From positions 4,278,001 to 4,342,000 of the forward strand of contig NW_026262690.1 in the NCBI RefSeq assembly GCF_021869535.1: DNA of 64,000 nt, written 5' to 3'. Below, piece after piece: positions 52,345-63,727 of this stretch; the stretch's first letter is position 1, and the number at the start of each line of letters is the position of its first letter. Position numbers and translations under genes: made by a program. The stretch is from Mytilus californianus. Its lineage: Eukaryota. The notes beneath the pieces were generated by a model. It worked only from the letters and a program-made list of their open reading frames with translations, did not search any database and was not told the origin of the DNA.

Positions 52345-52610
52345 CCTTGGTGGTCCCCTGGTAGTGAACTCGCCTCGATTGCGCGAGGTCTTTGGGTTCA
52401 ATCCCCTGCAGGATCGACACAAAGACTAAATTGGTATTTGATGTCCCCGCTTATCATAAGGCACATTAAGAAGTAGGAGCAAGCACTGGACGGCTCAGAT
52501 TCTGAATAATGTGTCTGGATAGGGTAACATGTCGTCTTGCCGACTATAAACTTGTGAACTAGCATATTAAATTTTCAGCTCAGCGTGTTGGTCTACTACA
52601 AAGCAGGGCT
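52345..52610 (+). mobile_element. tRNA-derived SINE, 5' part; probable continuation at about 58901-58960
   Basis: A-box-like segment and B-box GGGTTCAATCCC at about 52394-52405. After the Ngaro element the sequence resumes with ...GTTCATGTCCTGAATG, similar to SINE tails at about 5680-5745 and 25810-25880. Confidence 0.65.
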
Positions 52611-53043
52611 ATTAATCTTAGGATACATTAAGAGACCCCCCCTTATACTGGCATCCACCCTAGGCCACACAGCACCCGATGACATATGTAGATATCATAA
52701 GATGCAATGTAAAGGAGCATATATCAATGCCAGGACACAGCATTACTTCTTCTTTGCCTCCCTGCCAACACTTGATATATCTTAAACTTATACATCAAGG
52801 TTGGATACACCACACCGGTAACCGGCATGGATACAGTGGCCAAGCAGAACATAAAGTAATGGTGAAATAATATATAAATGTCAACAAAGACAGGTTTGGG
52901 AAAAACTAACCACAGTTTATTAAGCATAGTTAAAATTTCAAATAAGGCAAGAAATATACAATACATGTACAAATGTATATGCATGATAAACAAAATTTTA
53001 AAACATGAATAACTGAAAGTGTAAGTCAAACTGTGGTTCTCCA
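52611..53043 (-). repeat. Split direct repeat B2 (433 bp)
   Basis: Matches 53509-53940 with 9 substitutions and 1 indel by manual alignment. Confidence 0.95.
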
Positions 53044-53142
53044 CAGTAATATAAAATCACTGCGGACAAAATTCTAAAACTACAATAATGCACATAGAGT
53101 CAAAACGCACAAAACTAGAAAATAAGGGAGTGGTGGGTGGGA

Positions 53143-53508
53143 AAAGAAATACGATTATGCTTGATCGATTTGACATACAACTTGCTTGCTGCTTGCAAAA
53201 TTTTTGAATGTTGCGAGATGCTGGGATGCATACTGTGCAAGATAAATTTGATTGAATTTATTGGATTAGGTTAAACCGGGAAATATGAAAAATCAAAGCT
53301 GATTGGTAGATAAATATATCCCAGACAAAGCAAGATTCAAATAGGACAATCCGATTGGCTGTTGTCCGTAACCAGCCAAAACAAACGTGAAAAGGGGGTG
53401 CAGGGTTTTATAAAAAATAGCAATCAAATAATACGAAACTAAAGAATGTACAAATGCTTCTACAATACATGTATCTATATTAATACTGTATATTCAAAAA
53501 ATACTTCC
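53143..53508 (-). repeat. Split direct repeat A2 (366 bp)
   Basis: Matches 58535-58900 with 5 substitutions by manual alignment. Confidence 0.95.
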
Positions 53509-53940
53509 ATTAATCTTAGGATACATTAAGAGACCCCCCTTATACAGGCATCCACCCTAGGCCACACATCGCCCGATGACATATGTAGATATCATAAGAT
53601 GCAATGTAAAGGAGCATATATCAATGCCAGGACACAGCATTACTGCTTCTTTGCCTCCCTGCCAACACTTGATGTATCTTAAACTTATACATCAAGGATG
53701 GATACACCACACCGGTAACCGGCATGGATACAGTGGCCAAGCAGAACATAAAGTAATGGTGAAATAATATATAAATGTAAACAAAGACAGGTTTGGGGAA
53801 AACTAACCACAATTTATTAAGCATAGTTAAAATTTCAAATAAGGCAAGAAATATACAATACATGTACAAATGTATATGCATGATAAACAAAATTTTAAAA
53901 CATGAATAACTGAAAGTGTAAGTCAAACTGTGGTTCTCCA
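53509..53940 (-). repeat. Split direct repeat B1 (432 bp), abutting A2
   Basis: Junction AAATACTTCC|ATTAATCTTAGG joins the element's two termini. Confidence 0.95.
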
Positions 53941-54393
53941 ATTAAAGTATCCCAAACCTGTAGTAGGGGTAGGAGAAGAATAACCTAAAATTGGATTCAA
54001 AAATGAAAGCAAAAAACTAAAATTATAAATAGGTAAAAACCAAATAAAACAATGCTCAATAACACACAAGAGTACATGTATAATAAATTGTATTTGAAGT
54101 AGTCTGATCTGTACCATACAAAATCACAGTCTGTATAAACGGTCCCAACACAAGTACATATAAGTCCAACACAAGAATCCATGAATTCAGTAGATATGAA
54201 AGTCACAACTTAATATGTACATTGTAGGTGTCCATTTCAACCATACATGTACCATATCAGATTAGCAGAATAGTAATAATAAAACTTCCGTGCATGGCAA
54301 GACCCGTATGAATGCTATCTGAAGTTATTATTATAAGCAACATTAAAAAGAACACACATAATGATATTATATATACATGTACAAAACAAAAAA

Positions 54394-55393
54394 TTACAGA
54401 TATAAAAATAGTTTTTCCTGAATACGCTTTGCAAAAGTATCCATAACCATGTGCATATAGTCAAGGGAAGGGTCGATATAGCGTTTGTAAGCATCACTTT
54501 TCCAGTCTCCCTGAGACTGTATTAACTCCGTAGGAATGCCACATTCCAGGGCAAAAGAGGCACCCCCTCTGCGAAAACTATGCCCAGAATATTGGTCCGG
54601 ATTGATACCAAAATGCGACAAAGAATGTTTTAGTCTGGATAAAAATTTACCATATGTTAATGGAATTAATCTACCTTGTGAAACATACATAAATGCTGAA
54701 GACAAGGGGGCGGCTTTTGGGGTAAGCTTAAAGCAAAGTAGAAGGGCTTGGGCTGGGCAAAGAGGGGGACCAGGAATTCTGGGCAAAGGAATTTCAAGAA
54801 GTCGCTCCTTGTTTTGAATAGTTTTCGTCTTTCTTAATTTAAGAATTACCCCTCGGTGAGAGAAAGAGACTACTTGTCTACTTAGATGTTGGTCAGCATC
54901 AAAATCATTCAAGGAGGGTACGAAAAGGTTGGATTTACGAAAAAAGGAGAAGAAAGCTACTAAACACGCTGCCCAGAAAGTTAAATCAAAAGCACTTTTT
55001 AAACATAGAGTTGAGAAAATTCCCATTAATAATTTGGGTGTTATGGGCAACTTAGAACAACTTGCATCTCCAAGGACCCTTCTTGCACCTTTGAGGACAC
55101 TGTGCACTAAATGAGAGTCCAAAGGGGAAGGTAAGCCTGCTTCTTTATGCAATAAGGATATGATTGATAAATAATTTTGGATAGAAGAAAATTTAAGGCG
55201 ACATGATAAGTTGGCAATGTATCTCATTAAGTAGACTTGGCTCAAAGGAATAGGGAGAATACCTATATCATTGCAAAAACTACAGTAACTTTTTAGATAT
55301 AGCATGTAAGTCTTTTTTGTAGACTGCAAAGGTGTGACACCGGAAATTGGCTACAATAATGTCCAGGGCTTGCACTTTACTGGTACTTGGCAT
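54394..55393 (-). pseudogene. Tyrosine recombinase of the Ngaro element (frameshift at about 55324)
   Basis: MPSTSKVQALDIIVANFRCHTFA shifts frame into STKKTY...; catalytic R (FFRKSN), K (KTKT), HxxR (GHSFRRGGA), W (GDWKS) and Y (AYKRY) residues are all present. Confidence 0.92.
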
Positions 55394-57016
55394 GCCTATG
55401 CAAAAGAAAAAATAAGGATTTGTTAGACATGTGGGAATCCAACTGCCTGACAAATAGGGGAGAAGGCAAACAACAACGCATAAAACATATAAATGAGATG
55501 GGGTCATGAAGTCTGGAAATATGGTCTGCTAGAATATTCTTTTTCCCTGGGATATGTTTAGCAATTAGTTGAAAATTATATGAGGCTGACAACCAGAATA
55601 GATGCCGTAGATATGCCATCAATCTCTTATTGCGTGATGTACATCTATTGATGCAACCTACAGTGGCCATGTTGTCAGAGTAAACAATCACTTTTTTATT
55701 TTGCCATGTTTTACCCCAGCGAATTGCAGACAAGACTACAGACAATGCCTCTAATTCATTAATATGGAGGTCCTTAGTAAAAGCAAAATCTGCATCCCAT
55801 TTAGCATAAAACCAATTTGACCCAAAGTGACCCCGCCACCTTCTTGACAAGCATCCGTATACACTGATTTAACCGGATGTTTGTCAAGAATTAAGGATTT
55901 ACCATTAAAAGTAGAAATACAATTTTGCCACCATAATATATCTTGCATTATATCCCCTTTTATCAAAAATTTATGCCAATCATGCTGCAGTTGCGTAATG
56001 CTATCAATAATTCTGCGAAGGAATACTCTCCCGCCATGAACCACTGTAGATGCCCAATTAAGCTTGCCAGCTAAAGATTGCAGCTGTTTTTTCGAAGCAC
56101 GCTTGCGATTGCCAAAATCAGTTAATTCTTGCTTAAGCAGGGACAGCTTATCCCCTGGAAGCCGGAGCTCCATAGCGAAAGAGTCTATCTCAACTCCTAA
56201 AAATGTAAGTTTAGTGGTAGGGTCAACCACTTTTTGCCAATTAATCATAAATCCCAGCTCTCGAAGTAAAAAAATTAGAGAATTCAGTGCTTGCCTACAT
56301 CTGAATTCAGATTGTTCACACGAAAAAAAATCGTCTAGGTAAGCAACTACAGTAAAACCTCTGCGAGACATCATGCGTCGCACAGCTTGAGTTAGTCTGT
56401 GAAAAATGCCAGGGGCTAATTTACAGCCAAAAGGTAATTTAGTATCATAGAGTGTAAATTCTTGCCCTTCTGGGAAGGTCCAATTGAAACCAGTAACCTT
56501 TTGACTTCTCTTACTTAACTTTACAGATCTGTACGCAGACTTTAGGTCCACTTTACTCATAAAACAATTTTTTGTTAATAGCTTAGCAGCATCATCAAGG
56601 GTTTGAAAACGCTGCTTTTCAATTTCAGATACAGGAGAATTTACCGAAGAGCCTTTTGGCCTGCTACAATCATGAATGAGGCGTATTCCCCCATCCTGCT
56701 TTGGTATCACCCCAATAGGACTAATTATGCATGGATCTGAAGAAGTGAATTTGTAGTTGCCACACTCTATCTCATTAAGAACCTGAGTATGGGCCTTTAC
56801 ATACAAAGGATTATTAAGTGAGGCTGACGGATGGTTTTTGGAAACCATGCCGGATGGGAATTGGTCACAATCTATAATATCAAACCCAAATTCAATTCCA
56901 TTTAATAAAAATTCTCTATCAAAATCATTGGCCAGTTCTCGACTCCAGGCATGCAAGTCAAGAGCCCGCAAAGGTTTTACTGTATTGCCTAGTTTTTTGG
57001 ATTTGAGCTCTAATGG
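55377..57016 (-). pseudogene. pol (RT + RNase H) of the Ngaro element, one frameshift at G-run 55831-55834
   Basis: RLIHDCS, KVDLKSAYRSV, LPFG, AYLDDF; RNase H motifs YTDAC, INELE, SDN and LADHISR are split across ORFs 55751..56971 and 55377..55850. Confidence 0.93.
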
Positions 57017-58127
57017 CTACCTGCAGAGTGCTTCTGCTCACATCCAAATATGCTACACGCATGCTCAAACTTACAAGAAGCAAGAGTGCAGCCATATCTA
57101 GAGTTAAACTTCCTACAAATCTCTTAACCACTGGAGGTATGGGACGCATAATTTCTGGCCCCTCTAGTACTAGCTCCCGATCCCTTTTGCTGGGTATTGG
57201 CCTGCTGTGGGTATCGTGCCGCTCTAGGCTTCAAGTAAACCATCCAAATGTGCAGTATATCAGTGCCCCACCTAAACCTATGCATGCTCTGTAGCCGTCG
57301 ATACTCCCTGTCATAAAAGAATACTGATACCATATCATGGGAAGTAATCAGCTGGTAAACTCGGGTGGTATAGGACAAATAGTCTAATACTTGTCCCTGG
57401 TCCAATAACCCCTCCCCCAATAACTTGTGCAAAATGGCTAGGTTTGCCATTGACCATTGGCACATGGTTACAGTTTCTAACTTTGGCTTTGAGGGCCCTG
57501 ATTTAAAAACTAATTGACCACAATCAGACTTAGATATAAGTTTTTCTTCATAAAAAAAAACCCTGAAGATTGAACAAAATCAACAATATCATGATATACA
57601 ACCGAACTACTACTGCTATTTAAGGATTTTAAATAAATTTGAGGGTCTTGCCATGAAATATTGTCATTTAAATTAAGACTGCTACCTGCGTTGTTCGTTG
57701 TACTAACGTGTCCACCATGTTGCGGCTGCTGTTTTTGAAGCTGTCCCAGTACTTCCCGAATGTAATTGTCCGTTACTTCCGGTTCCGTGGGTGCCGGAAG
57801 TCCGTTGTTGGTTCCTGACGACACATTTATATCTGCGTGCGCACCTGCACTAGAAGATGCAGGAAGTTCTTCACTGTTGTCCGCCATACTTGATCGCTTC
57901 GGCAAACCGCCATCGTTTTCCTCTTCCGATTGCAAGAATGTCCGACAGACAGATTTAATCAAAAGTTTCTGTTGACCGATCGGCAGTTTAGATTAAGATA
58001 AGTCCTCCTGCGTTAACAAAGCCAGCGCCTCCAGTGAATCAAATCCGAGTTGCAGTATTGTGCTTGCCGTCGCTTCACTAAGTTTTTTGGCCTCGGCCCA
58101 CTTCAAAACTTTATCCGCGTCACTCAT
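57010..58127 (-). pseudogene. gag-like ORF1 with SAM-like N-terminus and C-terminal Cys/His knuckle; two in-frame stops and one frameshift
   Basis: ATG at 58127; stops at 57993-57995 and 57124-57126; frameshift in the A9 run at 57552-57560; ends ICRKFNSRYGCTLASCKFEHACSIFGCEQKHSAGSH-stop. Confidence 0.85.
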
Positions 58128-58534
58128 TTGTGACTTTTATATCGTTCATATTTAGTCTGTAGTAATCTTTAAATAATTGCGTGATGCTCGCAAAACGTTA
58201 AATTGTCAACAACTTCTCTGGCTGGAACAAGCGGAACAAACGGCCTCAATTTCTTCGCAGAAAATACATCCTTCAAAACAGGCTGAACAGTCCAATTTAA
58301 TCATGAAGATCACTTTGCTTAAATCGGCCTCAGATTCGGTTATATACGCACTGTATCTGTAAACCTCTTCAAAGCTCAACACATACCATGACGGTAAACG
58401 AAGAAAGTTAGACACAACTTTAGAAAAGAAGACGTGATCCAAATATTGATCATTAGTATCCTTTAAACTTAATTTAGCTTAACGTTTGTGTAACAATTGT
58501 CTCTAAAATGCCTTACTAATCGGCAATCAAAAAT

Positions 58535-58900
58535 AAAGAAATACGATTATGCTTGATCAATTTGACATACAACTTGCTTGCTGCTTGCAAAATATTTGAA
58601 TGTTGCGAGATGCTGGGATGCATACTGTGCAAGATAAATTTGATTGAATTTATTGGATTAGGTTAAACCGGGAAATTTGAAAAATCAAAGCTGATTGGTA
58701 GATAAATATATCCCAGACAAAGCAAGATTCAAATAGGACAATCCGATTGGCTGTTGTCCGTAACCAGCCAAAACAAACGTGAAAAGGAGGTGCAGGGTTT
58801 TATAAAAAATAGCAATCAAATAATACGAAACTAAAGAATGTACAAATGCTTCTACAATACATGTATCTATATTAATACTGTATTTTCAAAAAATACTTCC
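58535..58900 (-). repeat. Split direct repeat A1 (366 bp), 5' end of the element
   Basis: Matches 53143-53508. Confidence 0.95.
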
Positions 58901-59149
58901 CTTATTCATATCGTATTAACAGTTCATGTCCTGAATGTGGATTTTAAACAGACATCCATCGTTCTCATCTACTTGAAACAGAAAAAAAAGTCTATGTTTA
59001 CAAAACTTTGAATTTTTCGAAATACTAAGGATTTTCTATCCCAGAAATAGATTACCTTAGCTGTATTTGGCAAAACGTTTAGACATTTTTGGTCCTCAAT
59101 GTTCTTCAACTTCGTAATTTATTTGGCCTCTTTAACTTATTTTATTCTA

Positions 59150-59192
59150 GCGTCACTGATGAGTCTTTGTAGACGAAACGCGCGTCTGGTGT
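59150..59192 (+). ncRNA. Type I minimal hammerhead ribozyme within a retrozyme-like repeat (about 58990-59225)
   Basis: GCGUCA-CUGAUGA-GUCU(UUGU)AGAC-GAAA-C(GCGC)G-UC/-UGGUGU. Intact core, 4-bp stem II, palindromic stem III loop, predicted cleavage after 59186. Confidence 0.8.
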
Positions 59193-61546
59193 ACAAAATT
59201 TCAATACTGGTATTTATGATGAGTTCATTCCTAAACTACACAAGAAACTTTAACATTTTATATCTGGAACCAGAATAACATTAACGGTACACATTTTACT
59301 GTATTAGATGCGCATTTCGACAATTAATGTCTTCAGTGATGCTCGAGGTCCAAATATTTGAATACAAACGTACCCCTGAGGTCAGAATTTTCGCACACTG
59401 TACAGATAGAAATGTACAGTAGGAACGATCAAAACATGGAAATAGAAAGATAAAAAACTTTTTTGCGCCTCCATGTTTTTATTTCTGTGCATTGAACGAA
59501 AGAAGTGGGACATTCAAAATGGCAGGACACGGTTTTGTGAATATGTAAACCCCGGTTTCGTTCTCAAGTTTCTCATAGCCGGAACTGGTTTCGTTATAAA
59601 GAATTATGTAAACTAGCATAATGAAAATTGAAATCTGACGTTCAACAGGCACTTTTAAGCTCTTTGTACAAATATTTCTGCAAGGGAACAACTTTATTAT
59701 TTATTTGAATCCGTAAATATTCGAATTCCTGATTTATTGAAAAAAAAATGATTTGATTTTGAATTGCGTCAAAATAAAAAAAATAACGGCTAAATACAAA
59801 TACATACATGATGATTTTTTTGTTTGGTTCCAATTGTCGTAACAAAAATTTCATTTCTCCTTTTCCTCGAATGTGTCATCACCAAATGACATTTATTACT
59901 GCTAAAATAGCCGCAGTTTGATATCTCGTCATAAACATTTAGATAAAAACCAAAACATTACCTAATAAGATATTTTGCCACAAGATGTATTTTACAAGAC
60001 TTTCAATTTCTGTTAAAATTTCTATTTTGGTAAGGCCTTGGGCCATATCTATTTTGTCAAAAAAACTATGTGTACAATAGCCATTTTAGGTCAAATATGT
60101 CAATTTAATATGTTTTTGACATCACAGTAACATCACAAGTAACATTTCTGCAATAATTGAGCAGATTATTTTAAGCTGTTCATTTATCAATAAAATTAAC
60201 ATAATTTTGAACAGGCTTAATTAATTTCACTTTTTTGTCATGGGCAACATAATGGCTATTATAACTCCTCCTTACTTTTAACGGAAATAGGTCAGATCTA
60301 TAAAGGCTTTTATGTGCGTGTGTTATTAAAACGAAACGAAACCGGGTTCTGAATAAAGACCGCACTTGGTCCTTATGTTGAAAACAACATTTACAAAACC
60401 GTGTCATTCCATTCTGGCATGTCATATTTCTTTTGTTCTATGAATAGCAAAATAAACATTTAGGGATAAAAAGTTCCTAATATTGCAATCTACATTCAAC
60501 TATCGTTCCTTCTTTACATTTGTTTCCGTAAAATGTATGCAATTTAATGAGAAATTAAACCAAAGTCGAGGTAAGGATCACTCATCATTTTGATATGCAT
60601 TTTTACTTATTTCTCAATTTATCTAGAACGGTTTTAGAAATTGACACATCTCACAATCGAAAATAATAGTATGTGCATTTAAGTTCTACAATTATATACA
60701 GATAACAAATAAGTCAGCAAGAATCCTACATGTTTCCAGAATTTGGTGATCCATGACTGTACTGGAAATTCGATACTATTGAGTCGAAACAGTTTTTGCC
60801 GGGATAGTTTGAACTAGTGCTCTTACAGCTACAAAGGAACTCGTTTTTAAATCTTAAATTAGTTCTGGTATTTACCAATTGCTAGTGTAAAAACGCTTTT
60901 GGCAAATAGATATAAGAAGATGTGGTATGAGTGCCAATGAGACAACTCTCCATCCAAGTCAAAATTTATAAAAGTAAACCATTATAGGTCACAGTACGGT
61001 CTTCAACACGGAGCCTTGGCTCACACCGAACAGTAAGCTATAAAGGGCCCCAAAAAAATACTGGTGTAAAACCATTCAAACGGAAAATTTACTTGTTTGA
61101 TTATAAAGTCATCATACGTTCTAGGGCGTGCGTTCCTATCATGATTTAGGGGTACTGTTTATAAGACGGCTTTTGAACTTAAGGTTCCTACTGGTAAATT
61201 GATGTTATCCCTTCGTACATTTTAATGTAGCACTCATGATTTGGTTGACCCTCGTGTATATATATAACATATTACCGCATATTTACCCCACTTGCTGAAT
61301 CCACCATCTTGTTCTCCTTTTCCACCAATGTGATTACACTGAATGCGACTTGGCATCGAGTTTTTACATTCTAGTTACCATGATTTACACAACGGATGCG
61401 ACAGGTAGAGTAGAATTGTTTCCCTTTGTAAGCACTTAGGCCCCTCCGGAGCACCTTAGTTGAAACCCAGTTTTTGTCCATCTATATTTTCAGGTGTAAT
61501 GTTCTTTGAACTGTCTTCTTGACTTGACATTTTTCTCATTTCCAAC

Positions 61547-63300
61547 TTGACATTTCCGAAATGGGGATTGGAATGTGGTTCCAGTAAGTTTACATTACTA
61601 GGAATAAACTTTTCTGTCAATTTGCATGAAACGGAATTGTTGAACTATGGTCCAAGAATAAAAGAAATTGAAAATGTAATAAAAATTTGGTCTAAACAAA
61701 CATATACACCAACTGGAAAAATAACAATCATCAAGACACTAATTATTTCAAAATTAAACTATCTGTTTTTAACATAACAAGCACCATGCAAAAATACTTT
61801 AAAACAACTAATTGATAAAATTTATTCATTTATTTGGGAAAACAAACCTGACAAGATAAAAAGAGAAATATTATGTTTTGGACATAAACTAGGAGGGCTG
61901 AAAATGCTAGATATTGACAAATATATTAAAGGATTGAAATTAACATGGATTAGACGATTGTTAAAAACAACCCAAAACTAAATAAGCTATTAGAAAGTAT
62001 TGAAAAAATTTGTATTCAAAACCTAGTATATTTAGGCCCAACAAAAAGATGTAAAAACCCTTTTTGGAAAGAGGTCTTTAAAGCTTGGACAGATTTTCAA
62101 AATAAATGTATACCAAAAAATGGAGAAGAGTTTCTATCAGACTCGCTCTGGAATAAAGAAAATATTAAAATAGGAACAACATCTATTTTCTATAAAGACT
62201 GAGCAAATAAAGGGATCTTTTTGATACATGATCTGTTAGATGATGAGGGTAAACTAATGACTTTTCAACAATTCCAAAATATTTATAAAATTAAGTCAAA
62301 CTTTCTTACTTATAATGGGGTAATTTCATCATAAAATCATATAAAAAAGCTCTCAATAACGATATATCCAAAAACAATCTTTATAAAACACGAGGACCAA
62401 TTATTCCAAATAATATAAGAATATTTTTTTTTATCAAACAAAGGCTCGAAAGATATGTATAATGTTTTATTAGAAAAAAATAGTACTAAACTTATCTGTA
62501 AAGACAAATGGTCCTTAAGACTGAACAAAAATTTTGATTGGAAAACCGTGCATGATATGTCTTTTTACTCCACAAAAAACTAAAAACTTCATTGGTTCCA
62601 GTACAGAATAATACACAGAATCTTGGGCACAAATAAATTTGTATTTAAAATTAAAATAAAACAAAGCGATAAATGTACTTTCTGCAATGAAGCTATTGAA
62701 GATATTGAACACATATTTTGGACATGCCATAAAATAGTAGATCTGTGGATAAGACTCGGTGACTGGATTTATAACCAGACACAAATAATAATTCCGTTTA
62801 ACATGGATATAATTTTATTTGGAAACTTAGGAAAAACAGGAAATAATAAAATAAAAAACTTAATAATACTATTATCAAAACTCTTTATTTATAGAACAAA
62901 ACTATGTGAAAATCAAGTAAATTTTACAGGGCTCAAAAATTATCTCAAAGAAAATCTAATACTGGAAAAGAATGTATTTTTTAAAATTAAGCCTCTTCAC
63001 ATTGCCAATCTCTGCTGGGACCCCTGGCTTCCATTACTAGAATAATTTATACTGAAACAACTTAGCATTACCTTACGTAATGTTACTGTGTATATTGTTT
63101 AGCCTTCTCCACACCACCATATATGTTTTATGTTTTATATATTATATTTTATATGTTGTTTATTGTTTTTTGTTCATGTTTGTGCCTATAACCACATGTA
63201 TGTTTTTAATATCTGTTTGTGTTTGTATGAATTTTTACAACAGAAAACCATCCTTGCCAAATGTGTTAAATGTTGTTTTTTAAGACACATTTTAGTTTTG
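61547..63300 (+). mobile_element. 5'-truncated, degenerate Tx1/L1-clade LINE (ORF2 post-RT region, zinc knuckle, 3' UTR)
   Basis: LLGINF...GKITIIKTLIISKLNYL...FIWENK...GGLKMLDI...LTWIRRLL, and C-terminal CTFCNEAIEDIEHIFWTC (C-x2-C-x8-H-x4-C); several stops and frameshifts. Confidence 0.85.
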
Positions 63301-63309
63301 ACCAATATA

Positions 63310-63490
63310 CAATAAGAAGCTCCTGTGTGAAGTTAGTCTCATATGAATAAAGGAACAAGTCGGCATGAAGAGGAGCACAGCTGGTTCCAATTGGAATGAC
63401 GAGTGCTTTTTTTAAATACACGTCTCTAAACGTAACAAATATGTTGTCAATCAAGATATCAAGCATCTTGATAATGTCACTTTTAGAGAA
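63310..63490 (-). pseudogene. Penelope-like RT fragment
   Basis: MLDILIDNIFVTF...IPIGTSCAPLHADLFLYSYE corresponds to the PLE RT G-I-P-M-G-x-x-C-A-P-x-L-A-D-L region. Confidence 0.75.
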
Positions 63491-63685
63491 CCAGAGTGAT
63501 TTTTACGACGTTTCTAAAATTGTCCGTTTATAAATTTTGAAATTATATGAAACTAAGGTTTTAACTCCCTCAGGCAAAGTTGACCTTAGATAGATTTGGC
63601 TATTTTTTTAGGTCCTTTCTGGTCATATAGCTCTTCAACTGTTTAGGTTATTATACATTCTTGATTTTCAAATATTCGGCTTTGA

Positions 63686-63727
63686 GCGTTCCTGATGAAG
63701 GTAAATCCAGAAAAGCGCTTCGGACGC
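63686..63727 (+). ncRNA. Variant type I hammerhead motif in a retrozyme-like repeat (about 63495-63745)
   Basis: GCGUUC-CUGAUGA-AGGUAAAUCCA-GAAA-A(GCGC)U-UC/-GGACGC. Stem I has 6 bp and stem III is palindromic, but stem II is weak with A-A at its base. Confidence 0.55.

Larger units (their letters stand above)
52611..58900 (-). mobile_element. Full-length (6290 bp) Ngaro-type tyrosine-recombinase (DIRS order) retrotransposon, disabled
   Basis: Split direct repeats in the order A1-gag-RT/RH-YR-B1-A2-B2 on the minus strand; no TSD; all three ORFs recognisable. Confidence 0.93.

Noticed and set aside
52345-52420. tRNA gene
   Set aside because: A B-box is present but no cloverleaf; better explained as a SINE head.
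52679-53941. Duplicated ORF pairs 52679..52870/53576..53767 and 52724..53044/53621..53941
   Set aside because: The duplication simply reflects the B1/B2 repeats; no coding signal.
54536-58362. Plus-strand ORFs antisense to gag, pol and YR
   Set aside because: Shadow frames of genuine minus-strand coding sequence.
61100-61360. Interrupted minus-strand frame (GGKGEQDGGFSKWGKY...)
   Set aside because: Multiple stops and no family I can identify with confidence.
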